A stretch of DNA of 64,000 bases from an uncultured Verrucomicrobiae bacterium (lineage in GTDB: Bacteria; Chlamydiota; Chlamydiia; Chlamydiales; Rhabdochlamydiaceae): NCBI GenBank assembly GCA_963806855.1, contig CAWDYW010000001.1, positions 992,001 through 1,056,000 on the forward strand, written 5' to 3'. Positions 38,778-47,536 of this stretch are shown here, piece after piece. The stretch's first letter is position 1, and each line of letters opens with the position of its first letter. The notes under the pieces are model-generated. The model worked only from the letters and a program-made list of their open reading frames with translations. It had not been told where the DNA came from and ran no database searches. Both the position numbers and the translations under genes were made by a program.

Positions 38778-39239
38778 ATGAATCAAATTACTATAGCTGG
38801 ACACTTAGGTGCTGATCCCGAAGTGCGATTTACATCATCAGGTCAAAAAGTGACAACATTACGCGTTGCTGCACGGGTGCGCCGCGGCTCAAAAGGGGAT
38901 GACACGATTTGGTGGAAAGTTACCGTGTGGGGAGATCAATTTGATAAAATGATTCCCTTCTTTAAAAAGGGTAGCCCGATCATCGTCTTCGGCGAATTGA
39001 GTAAGCCTGAAATTTTCACCGATCGCGATGGACGCCCACAAGTTTCGATGAACATCACCGCTCATAATATCCTCTTCAGCCCATTTGGCAGACCCGATAG
39101 TCAAAATGATGAGCAAGAAGAGGGGCATCAAGGATTTGGTGGCCAGCAGCAGCAGCAGCAACAGCAACCGAAAAAACAATTTGGCCAAGCAAATGAGCGG
39201 CCGGTTGAGAACTTTGCAGATGAGGAAATTCCATTCTAA
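38778..39239 (+). CDS. ssb: Single-stranded DNA-binding protein
   Basis: GHLGADPEVRFT OB-fold start, acidic DEEIPF tail. Confidence 0.96.
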   Translation: MNQITIAGHLGADPEVRFTSSGQKVTTLRVAARVRRGSKGDDTIWWKVTVWGDQFDKMIPFFKKGSPIIVFGELSKPEIFTDRDGRPQVSMNITAHNILFSPFGRPDSQNDEQEEGHQGFGGQQQQQQQQPKKQFGQANERPVENFADEEIPF

Positions 39240-40687
39240 TGCCGATCAAAATCGTAGAATCTCTTGCTAAAAGAAAGGCCGGCGATGCGCTGATCCTCCC
39301 TTTTTTTGAAGGGAAGGCTCCCGCTTTTACCAATCATAAAGGCATTACGAACCTCTACGAAGCACCGCTGAAGAGCGGCGACTTTCGTGGAGAAAAGGAG
39401 ACCGTCCTTTGCCATTACCCAATGGAGGGAGTGGAGAAAAGGGTGGTTCTCGTTGGCCTTGGGAAGGAAGCTGGTCTAACGAAAGAGACGCTGCGAAGAG
39501 CCTATGCCAGCGCCATCGGATGCATTAAAGCCAAGGTGAATTCGGTTAACGTTTTGCTGCCCGAGACATCAGCACTCGAACTCAAGGCAATCTCTGACGC
39601 TGTGGTCGAGGGGGTACTCCTCGCCAATTATGTCTATAATGTCAACAAGACAGAAAAAGATAAGGCGATTGAAGAGATCTCCTTTATCGGTGGCGATGTC
39701 AAGGCGATGAAGCGAGCAGAGACGATCTGCAGTAGCGTCTATTATACCCGCGACATGATCTACGCTAACGCTGACACTGTGACGCCCGCTTTTTTGGCGG
39801 AGAAAGGCAAAGAACTGGCTGTGGAGCACACCTCGATTAAGACCACGGTGCTCAATCGAGAGCAGATTCGGAAGCAAAAACTTGGCCTCCTCGATGCAGT
39901 TTCGCGTGGCTCAGATCGGGAGCCTGCTCTTGTGATCATGGAATATCGTGGGGCGCCCAAATCGAAAGAGTGCGTCGCGATCGTAGGCAAAGGGATCAGT
40001 TTTGATACCGGGGGACTCAACATCAAAACTAGCAATATGGAGACCATGCGCGATGATATGTCTGGGGCTGGGGCAGTCCTCGGAACGATCCGCAATATGG
40101 CTCTTCTCAAACTTCCGATCAATGTCATCGGGGTGCTCGCCGCCGCTGAAAATGCGATTGGCCCAGATAGCTATAAACCGGGCGACGTCTACAAAAGCTA
40201 TAGTGGGATCACCGTTGAGGTGACGAATACCGATGCCGAAGGCAGACTCGTTTTGGCCGACGCCCTCTCCTATGTCCAGAAGAAATTTTCCCCTCACAAA
40301 ATCGTCGATCTCGGCACCTTGACCGGTGGTTGCATCATTGCTCTGGGGGAAGAGGTCTCTGCCGTCATGTCGAATGACGATAAACTTGTAGACGAGCTAA
40401 TGGCAGCTGGAGAGATCACCTTTGAGCGTCTCTGGCGGTTGCCTCTTTATGAAGAGTATAATCGGCTCCTAAAATCCAAAGTGGCCGACATCAAAAACGT
40501 CGGAATTAGGAAAGCTAGCACAATTCAGTGTGGCATGTTCTTGAAGAAATTCATTGAGAAGGCGAGTTGGGCCCATATCGATATCGCCGGAACCGCCTCA
40601 CCTGACGATCTCAAGTCGTACCAGCCAGTGCAAGCATCGGGCGTCGGCGTAAGGCTCCTCACGACCTTTTTAGAGCGCTGCGTATGA
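39239..40687 (+). CDS. pepA: Leucyl aminopeptidase (M17)
   Basis: GKGISFDTGG, NTDAEGRL, WAHIDIAG. Confidence 0.95.
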   Translation: MPIKIVESLAKRKAGDALILPFFEGKAPAFTNHKGITNLYEAPLKSGDFRGEKETVLCHYPMEGVEKRVVLVGLGKEAGLTKETLRRAYASAIGCIKAKVNSVNVLLPETSALELKAISDAVVEGVLLANYVYNVNKTEKDKAIEEISFIGGDVKAMKRAETICSSVYYTRDMIYANADTVTPAFLAEKGKELAVEHTSIKTTVLNREQIRKQKLGLLDAVSRGSDREPALVIMEYRGAPKSKECVAIVGKGISFDTGGLNIKTSNMETMRDDMSGAGAVLGTIRNMALLKLPINVIGVLAAAENAIGPDSYKPGDVYKSYSGITVEVTNTDAEGRLVLADALSYVQKKFSPHKIVDLGTLTGGCIIALGEEVSAVMSNDDKLVDELMAAGEITFERLWRLPLYEEYNRLLKSKVADIKNVGIRKASTIQCGMFLKKFIEKASWAHIDIAGTASPDDLKSYQPVQASGVGVRLLTTFLERCV

Positions 40688-41508
40688 AGATTGTTGTGCC
40701 GCCCAGTGCCGATGGACAGACCCTCTTGAGTTTCCTTCGCAGCAACCTCAAAGAGTACCCTTCCGTCAAGGCGATCAAGAGAGCCATTGATGCAAAGCAG
40801 TGCAAAATCAACCGGCGTGTCGAGACCTTCTCAACCCATCCTTTGCAAGCTCATGACGAGATTGAGATCAAGTTAGCAGTTTCCAATCCAGAGCTCCCTC
40901 TAGAAGTACTCTATGAAGATGAGAGCCTCATCGCCTATAACAAACCCCCAGGAAAAACTTCAGAATCGTTTACAGAGTACTTTTTGGTCCATCGACTAGA
41001 CAAAGAGACCTCGGGTGTGATTCTTCTGGCTAAAACGGAAAGTGTGCGCGATTTACTCATCGACTCATTTGCCAATCGGCAGATGGAGAAACACTACTTG
41101 GCGATCTGTGATGGCAGAGTCTCAAAGCAGACATGGAAAGTCGACAACTTCCTCGAAAAAAAAGCCCAGTATGAAGGGGGAAGCCTCTATGGGTCGACGA
41201 AAAAAGGGGGAAAGAGGGCGATTTCACTCTTCGAAAAATTGAAATGTTGTTCGACAGCCTCTCTTTTGCAAGTGCAAATACAGACCGGAAGAACGCATCA
41301 GATCCGTGTCCACCTCAATGAAAATGGGCATCCTATTTTGGGCGATTGGCAATATGGCCATCACTTTCAATGTCCCTATCAGCCGCAGCGACAGATGCTC
41401 CACGCATGGAAAATCGCATTTACCCATCCTGTGACACAGGAAAAAATTCTCATTCAAGCACCTCACTTCAGCGACTTTCTCGAGGCTGAAAAAATGCTTG
41501 GCATCTAA
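40684..41508 (+). CDS. RluA-family pseudouridine synthase
   Basis: HRLDKETSG, TGRTHQIRVH, HPILGD. Confidence 0.92.
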   Translation: MKIVVPPSADGQTLLSFLRSNLKEYPSVKAIKRAIDAKQCKINRRVETFSTHPLQAHDEIEIKLAVSNPELPLEVLYEDESLIAYNKPPGKTSESFTEYFLVHRLDKETSGVILLAKTESVRDLLIDSFANRQMEKHYLAICDGRVSKQTWKVDNFLEKKAQYEGGSLYGSTKKGGKRAISLFEKLKCCSTASLLQVQIQTGRTHQIRVHLNENGHPILGDWQYGHHFQCPYQPQRQMLHAWKIAFTHPVTQEKILIQAPHFSDFLEAEKMLGI

Positions 41509-41558
41509 TCAACGTGCACGATAACTGAAAGAGAAGGCAATCTACCTTGTTAAGGCTT

Positions 41559-42713
41559 CTAAGAAAAGCTAGGGCCGACTACATTTAAGCCCCAGACGCC
41601 CACCATGCAATGGGCGATGATGACGCCGATGAGGTTGTGAGTCCGAGAATATAGCCAACCAAAAAAGATCCCAGCTAAAAATACTAGGAAGGCCACCTGC
41701 ACAGATAAGAAGACGTGGGCAGAGCTAAAGATCAGGTTGGAAATGATAATGGAGGTCCAAACTCTGGACTTACCTGCGAGAAATTTCTCTAGTGGTCCCT
41801 GGAGCGCTCCTCGTGCCATGATCTCTTGAATCGGGACTAAGAGGCAGTACACTAAAGAATTGATCACCCAATAAGAGAAAGTGGCGTCTGGCATCAAAGC
41901 GTAGGGCTCAAATACTTTATGCCCCTGATAAGCTGGAAGGAAAAGAGTCCCCAACCATTTGATGACCACAAGCACAATGAGAACTGGGATGGTAAAAAAG
42001 AACCCTTCAAAAGTTGATTTTTTCGAATTTTGTCTGGTGAAGCCAAAGACCTCTAGGGGGAAGGGGAGGGCGCGGATGACCAAAACTGCAAAAAGGGTTA
42101 GGACGAGGATGAGGGGGACAGAAATCCACGTCGTATCTTTGACATGGGTGATGGCATATTTAAGCGGTCCAACAGTATAGACAAAAAGAGAAATGACCGA
42201 GATCACATAGACCAAAAATGACCCCATGCTCACACGGTTTTTATACTCCTGGAGTTCTTTTTTTAAAGCGATTGCCGCTACATCTGTGGTCTCTCTGAGT
42301 TTTTTGCTCATTCTCCGAGAAATCTCGTCGAAGACAGTATCGAAATCGTGATACTGGTGAAGCTCTTCCAATCCAGAGAAGGAGATCCGATAGAGCTTTG
42401 CATCTGTAGCCGCTTTGATAGAAGCCGACCTTTTCCCCTTATCAATTAGCGCCTGTTCACCAAGAGTGTCGCCACTGCCGAGAGTGGTAATCAAAAAGTC
42501 CATTTTCAGCTCAGGATCATATTTAATGATCGCCAATTCGCCTTCACTGACAAAGAAAATTTCAGTAGCATCATCTCCCTCACGCATCAAATAATCACCT
42601 TTTTTAAGGATGATTTCTTTGGTGATTGCAACCAAAGCCCTTAAAGACTCTTCGCTCAAGCTGCTGAATAGGGAGTTTTTCTTAAAAAAATCGTAAGTAC
42701 TATCGTGTGCCAT
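41559..42713 (-). CDS. cNMP-binding domain fused to CPBP (CAAX/Abi) intramembrane protease-like domain
   Basis: LGEQALIDKGKRSAS phosphate-binding cassette; TM region with QEIMARG, FSSAH, AHCMVG. Confidence 0.85.
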   Translation of the reverse strand: MAHDSTYDFFKKNSLFSSLSEESLRALVAITKEIILKKGDYLMREGDDATEIFFVSEGELAIIKYDPELKMDFLITTLGSGDTLGEQALIDKGKRSASIKAATDAKLYRISFSGLEELHQYHDFDTVFDEISRRMSKKLRETTDVAAIALKKELQEYKNRVSMGSFLVYVISVISLFVYTVGPLKYAITHVKDTTWISVPLILVLTLFAVLVIRALPFPLEVFGFTRQNSKKSTFEGFFFTIPVLIVLVVIKWLGTLFLPAYQGHKVFEPYALMPDATFSYWVINSLVYCLLVPIQEIMARGALQGPLEKFLAGKSRVWTSIIISNLIFSSAHVFLSVQVAFLVFLAGIFFGWLYSRTHNLIGVIIAHCMVGVWGLNVVGPSFS

Positions 42714-42720
42714 CTCTTAC

Positions 42721-43548
42721 CTACTTCAATTCAATGGTTTGGCCATCTCTCAGCCACTCGGAAGGAACTGAGCTCTTCTGAAGCGCTAGCTTAGAAAGAT
42801 GCACTAAATCTTCGTCTGTATGAGCTGGGTCATGATGGGTGACAAGCCATTTCTCACTTTCTGTTTTTTCGACAAAGTTCATGGCGCCGAATAAACACGA
42901 ATGTCCCCACCCTTTCTTTTTGACGTATTCTTCTGAAAAGTATTGAGCCTCATGGATGAGTAAATTGGCTCCTCGATAAAATTCAATTAGCGATTTTTCT
43001 TCTTTTCCAAACGGTTCGTTCAGCTCGTTATCTGTCGTATATCCAATGATTTGATGAGGAGTTTGGATCTTAAAGCAATAGGTGACCCCCGGATGGTTGA
43101 CCTGGTGAAAGCTAATGGTGATTGGCCCCATCCGAATCGGCGTCTGCCCTGAATAGACCTTAAACTGCAGGTTGGCATGCAGCTCTGTGAGGCGCAAAGG
43201 GAAAAACTCAGGGGCGAGCAGTTGTTTAAACAGCTCTTCGCATGAGCGTCCTTCGGTTGGGGGCGACCAGATTGTAATGCTTACATCTTTCTGATAAATC
43301 AGATCAAAAAAGGGAAAACCGATCAAGTGATCCCAATGGGTATGGCTTAAGAATAGATCGATCTTCTTAACCTTTTCAGTCATCAAGACCTTACCTAAGG
43401 GGCGAATTCCTGTCCCGGCATCGAAAACAATATGGACATCATCATAGAGCAGTTCAAGACATGAGGTATTCCCCCCAAAATGGAGATATTCAGGTCCGCT
43501 GACAGGACAAGATCCTCGAGTGCCCCAAAACTTCAGAAATCGCTTCAT
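42721..43548 (-). CDS. Metallo-beta-lactamase-fold hydrolase, putative cNMP phosphodiesterase
   Basis: WGTRGS, GGNTSC, DAGTG, HTHWDH, TDNE, GWGHS, HHDP; substrate inferred from context. Confidence 0.8.
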   Translation of the reverse strand: MKRFLKFWGTRGSCPVSGPEYLHFGGNTSCLELLYDDVHIVFDAGTGIRPLGKVLMTEKVKKIDLFLSHTHWDHLIGFPFFDLIYQKDVSITIWSPPTEGRSCEELFKQLLAPEFFPLRLTELHANLQFKVYSGQTPIRMGPITISFHQVNHPGVTYCFKIQTPHQIIGYTTDNELNEPFGKEEKSLIEFYRGANLLIHEAQYFSEEYVKKKGWGHSCLFGAMNFVEKTESEKWLVTHHDPAHTDEDLVHLSKLALQKSSVPSEWLRDGQTIELK

Positions 43549-43628
43549 AACTCACAAATAGTTGATTGCAATGGAAAAGACAAGCCAAAAAATAAAAAAA
43601 ACATTATCTACTAATTTAGAGGTCTTCA

Positions 43629-45221
43629 ATGAAGAGAATTTTAATCCTAGGCGGCGGATTTGGCGGAGTTTATACCGCCATTTATTTGCAGAAATATTTA
43701 AAGAAAGCGATCAAGACCGGAGAAATTGAACTCTGTCTTGTCAATAAAGATAACTACTTTGTCTATCAACCGATGCTGCCGGAAGTAGTCAGCGGTTCGG
43801 TGGGAATCTTCGATACAGTCAGCCCTATCCAAAGGCTCCTTCCGAAAACAAAGCTCTATATCAGAGAAATTGAAAAGATCGATTTAGAAAACAAACAGGT
43901 GACGCTCGTCCCTCAATTTTCTCATGCCACTACCCCAATTAGCTATGATCACCTGGTGCTGGCCCTTGGGAACATCACCGATTTTAAAGATAACGCCGGC
44001 ATGCATGAACATGCTCTACCTTTCAAAAATCTCGCCGACGCCATCACCATCCGCAACCGGATCATCGATGCCGTAAGCACCGCCGCCAACGAGCCCGATG
44101 CTGCTCTGCGGCAACAGCTCCTTACTTTTGTCATCGGGGGAGGGGGGTTCTCAGGGACCGAAGTGTGCGCAGAGGTGAACGACTTTGCCAAAAAAATCTG
44201 CGAGGAGTATTCGACGATAGCGCCCGAGGATGTTCGGGTTATTTTGGTCCATAAAAAACATCGGCTTTTCGATCACGAATTACCTGAAAGTCTTGGCAAT
44301 TATGCTGGTAAACTCCTCGCTAAACGAGGGGTTGATATCCGTTTTGGCCGGACACTGATCGCCGCTACACCAGAGGGTGCCGTCCTAGACGATCAGACCC
44401 GTATTCTAGCTAAGACAGTGATTTCGTCTGTCCCCTCGTCTCCCAATCCCCTGATCGAAGAGCTCGCCCTCTCCAAGACGCATGGGCGGGTCAACACCAA
44501 TTCCTTCATGCAAGTTGAGGGAAAGGAAAATATCTGGGCGCTGGGGGATTGTGCAATGATTCCTCTTGTTAAAGAGAAGGATTTCTGTCCTCCGACAGCA
44601 CAGTTTGCCATCCGCGAGGCCAAGCAGCTGGCCAAAAATATCAAGGCTCAGATGGAAGGTGAAGAGAAAAAATCGTTCCATTTTAATGCCTTAGGGATGC
44701 TCGGCGCTCTGGGCCACCGTTCGGCAGTTGCCGAGTTATTTGGGGTCTTTAAATTCTCTGGGTTTTTGGCCTGGGTATTGTGGCGCTTTATCTACTGGCT
44801 AAAATTACCCGGGATCGATCGAAAAATTAAAGTTGCGGTCTACTGGTTTCTCGACTTATTTATTCCGACCGAAACTGTTCAGCTGAAGCTCTCTCCCTCG
44901 CAAGGGATCGCTCAACTCCATTTCGAGCCCGGGGAGATTATCTTCAACGAAGGAGACAGCGGCGATTTTCTCTACATCATCACCCAAGGAGAGGTCGAGG
45001 TCTACAACAAGAAGGGGGGGCATCTGGCATACCTCGGCCCCGGGCAATACTTTGGAGAGATGGCCCTTTTGCGCGAGGCCAAGCGCAATGCGACGATTAA
45101 GTGCACAAAAGCCACCAACGTCCTGGCATTGACGAAGAAGGATTTTGGAACTCTCGTCGCGAACTTCAAAGAGCTCAAGCACAACTTCGAAGAAACCGAC
45201 AAGCTCCGATCCGCTAAATAA
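43629..45221 (+). CDS. Type II NAD(P)H dehydrogenase (NDH-2) fused to C-terminal cNMP-binding domain
   Basis: GGGFGG and GGGFSGTE Rossmann motifs, WALGDCA, PPTAQFA; C-terminal IFNEGDSGD...FGEMALL...RNAT. Confidence 0.88.
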   Translation: MKRILILGGGFGGVYTAIYLQKYLKKAIKTGEIELCLVNKDNYFVYQPMLPEVVSGSVGIFDTVSPIQRLLPKTKLYIREIEKIDLENKQVTLVPQFSHATTPISYDHLVLALGNITDFKDNAGMHEHALPFKNLADAITIRNRIIDAVSTAANEPDAALRQQLLTFVIGGGGFSGTEVCAEVNDFAKKICEEYSTIAPEDVRVILVHKKHRLFDHELPESLGNYAGKLLAKRGVDIRFGRTLIAATPEGAVLDDQTRILAKTVISSVPSSPNPLIEELALSKTHGRVNTNSFMQVEGKENIWALGDCAMIPLVKEKDFCPPTAQFAIREAKQLAKNIKAQMEGEEKKSFHFNALGMLGALGHRSAVAELFGVFKFSGFLAWVLWRFIYWLKLPGIDRKIKVAVYWFLDLFIPTETVQLKLSPSQGIAQLHFEPGEIIFNEGDSGDFLYIITQGEVEVYNKKGGHLAYLGPGQYFGEMALLREAKRNATIKCTKATNVLALTKKDFGTLVANFKELKHNFEETDKLRSAK

Positions 45222-45260
45222 TTGGATTTTATTTAGTGAAAGGTAAATTGGGTTTCAATA

Positions 45261-45599
45261 GACATGTCGGGTTACACAGCACTACGTGTCCGGTGTCCCT
45301 GACTGTTACCCATATCTTTTATAGAGAGAAAATTAGGCCTACGCGAAGCGGCTCTGTGTCCTCTGTGCTCTCTAGTGAGCGGAGCGAAAGGGTGGTAAAA
45401 TTAGAAAAAATTATCACCACAGAGGACACAGAGCCGCTTCGCGTTTCTAGTGCTCTCCATAGTAAAAGTTGTGGGTAACAGTCAGGGCTGCTCACGCGCT
45501 CATTCCCGCCGGGACTCCGTCCTTTTTCGGCGGGATCCCTTTCGCGTCGCCTCGCAGAACCATATAAAAAAAGTCTGCCGACATGTCCTCATTCTGCGA
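45261..45599. repeat. Nested inverted-repeat region (composite palindromic element or structured RNA)
   Basis: Perfect pairings 45261-45270/45578-45587, 45297-45312/45472-45487, 45341-45367/45418-45444, 45504-45511/45528-45535. Confidence 0.8.
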
Positions 45600-45654
45600 A
45601 CTGTTGCGAAAGGCCCCCTCCTCCAACTCAATGTCAAAAATTAAATTTGTCGCT

Positions 45655-45742
45655 AGATACTGTCACTTTTCGCCAGTATCTTGCCTTAAATTCAATGGTA
45701 TGCTAAGTTTAAGCTAGAAACTGTCATAAAATGACAGTTTCT
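45655..45742 (+). promoter_or_regulatory. abiE promoter with two related 27-bp inverted-repeat operators
   Basis: IR1 agatactgtcacttttcgccagtatct (45655-45681); TTGCCT-N17-TAAGTT with extended TG; IR2 agaaactgtcataaaatgacagtttct (45716-45742, perfect 12-bp arms). Confidence 0.75.
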
Positions 45743-45752
45743 GGATGGGAAT

Positions 45753-46343
45753 TTGAATTTAAGAGATCACCATAAACCTTATATTCTGGATACAGAATTA
45801 GCGATTCTTTTGGGCGGAAGCGAAGATCGGGTTCATTCCTGGGTTAAAAGAGCGTTCCAAAAGGAAGAATTGGTTCGCCTCAAAAGAGGCGTGTATTTAA
45901 AAGATCATTTGCCAATAGATGCGTTTGAGATTGCTCAGCATCTCTACGGGCCATCATATATCAGTCTTGAGTCAGCTTTATCTTATCATGGATGGATACC
46001 AGAGGCGGTTTATACCACAACGAGCGTCAGCACAAAGAAAAGCCCCACCATCACAACTGCTATCGGTATCTTTAGCTATAAACATACCCCAGCAGAGCAG
46101 TTTTTCATGTGCGTAAAGAGAATCGATGAATTTCTCATAGCTCATCCTTGGAAGGCTTTGGCTGATTATGTGTATGTCTATCGTAAAAAATGGAAGAACA
46201 TGCAAGAAATGATGGAAGATTTACGTATTGAAAAATCCAGCATTGAAAGTTCAAACAAAACAGTTCTTGAAGAAATTGCTCAATATTACGACAGTCCCAG
46301 GGTACGTCGATTTGCAAAACAGATGTTGAAGGAGATAGGATGA
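45753..46343 (+). CDS. AbiEi-type antitoxin / transcriptional regulator
   Basis: LVRLKRGVY wHTH wing, PSYISLESALSYHGWIPEAV, KALADY. Confidence 0.85.
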   Translation: MNLRDHHKPYILDTELAILLGGSEDRVHSWVKRAFQKEELVRLKRGVYLKDHLPIDAFEIAQHLYGPSYISLESALSYHGWIPEAVYTTTSVSTKKSPTITTAIGIFSYKHTPAEQFFMCVKRIDEFLIAHPWKALADYVYVYRKKWKNMQEMMEDLRIEKSSIESSNKTVLEEIAQYYDSPRVRRFAKQMLKEIG

Positions 46344-47536
46344 ATATATCAATCATTCAAGACCGTTTAAAAAAATTCGATCTGCGAACAAAACAGCAAG
46401 AGAAACATGCGCTGCGTGAGATTGCGCACGAAATAGCTCTAAGCGGACTCGCCAGAACAGATTTTTTTAAACATGTCGCTTTTATTGGAGGATCATGTTT
46501 GCGAATCGCACATGGTCTGAAACGCTTTTCTGAGGATCTTGATTTTTGGACACTCAAACACTCTCCAAACTTTGAATGGAAGCAGTATCTGCATGTTGTA
46601 GAAGAGGAATTTAGAGCCTATGCCTTTCATATGAGTGTTGAAGATCAAGAATCTGTTAGCTCGAGAAAAAGAGCTCTTTTAAAACAGACTTCGATTAAGA
46701 AAGTTCTGACTTTAACTCATGCCCGTAAATTCGCAGATGATGAGACCCTTCGAATCAAATTTGAGATCGATACAGTTCCTCCATTAGGTTCAGAATATGA
46801 GTCTAAACATCTCGAATTCCCCTATCCTTTTTCCTTTACCACTCTTGATCAGCCAAGTCTATTTGCAAGCAAGATTCTTGCTCTTTTCGATCTAGAAAAA
46901 GAAAAAGGGCGTCATTGGTTCGATTTTATTTGGTATATCTCTCAAAAATGGCCAGTAAATTTTCAACTCTTGAGTCAGGCTCGCAAGGAAGAGGTTACTG
47001 TAAACCGGCTGCAGAGCGAATTAACAGAGCTTATACAATCAAGAAAATGGGCTGACTTAAAAGCTGATATAAAGCCATTCATCACTCCCGAAGAGCAAGA
47101 AACCGTAGATCTTTGGAATCCACAATTTTTTCTAGGACATCTTGAAGCATTAGTAGAATATTTACAGCCTAAACCCGTTTCGATAGCAAATTTAATTGCT
47201 GAACTAAAAGGTAAGCATCTCTTCGAACAAGTAGTACAAGCACTAGGTTCTGGTGTATCGGTCAATGACGATACTCGTAATGGACATCGTCCTTTGCAAA
47301 TGGCTTTAGCCAAAGGATACAATGAAATAGCGAAACTTTTGATCGAACATGGTGCTGACCCAAATTTCAGAGATCGCAGCGGGCTCACCCCTTTGCAAAC
47401 AGCCGTCAACCATGGTCATTTTGAACTGGCCAGATTGCTTATTAAGAAAGGCGCTATCTTTAATCGAGATGCTCCAAACTTGGCTTTTGACTACCAAAAG
47501 CTATATCAATTCTTGTCCTTTATTTCTCATGACTGA
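46340..47536 (+). CDS. AbiEii-type nucleotidyltransferase toxin fused to ankyrin repeats
   Basis: FIGGSCLR...RFSEDLDF, KFEIDT, KGRHWFD; C-terminal GHRPLQMA...GADPN and GLTPLQTA...LLIKKGA; ATGA overlap with antitoxin. Confidence 0.85.
   Translation: MNISIIQDRLKKFDLRTKQQEKHALREIAHEIALSGLARTDFFKHVAFIGGSCLRIAHGLKRFSEDLDFWTLKHSPNFEWKQYLHVVEEEFRAYAFHMSVEDQESVSSRKRALLKQTSIKKVLTLTHARKFADDETLRIKFEIDTVPPLGSEYESKHLEFPYPFSFTTLDQPSLFASKILALFDLEKEKGRHWFDFIWYISQKWPVNFQLLSQARKEEVTVNRLQSELTELIQSRKWADLKADIKPFITPEEQETVDLWNPQFFLGHLEALVEYLQPKPVSIANLIAELKGKHLFEQVVQALGSGVSVNDDTRNGHRPLQMALAKGYNEIAKLLIEHGADPNFRDRSGLTPLQTAVNHGHFELARLLIKKGAIFNRDAPNLAFDYQKLYQFLSFISHD

Noticed and set aside
39144..39167. CAG/CAA run in ssb as a contingency locus
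   Set aside because: In-frame Gln tract in the normal disordered SSB linker
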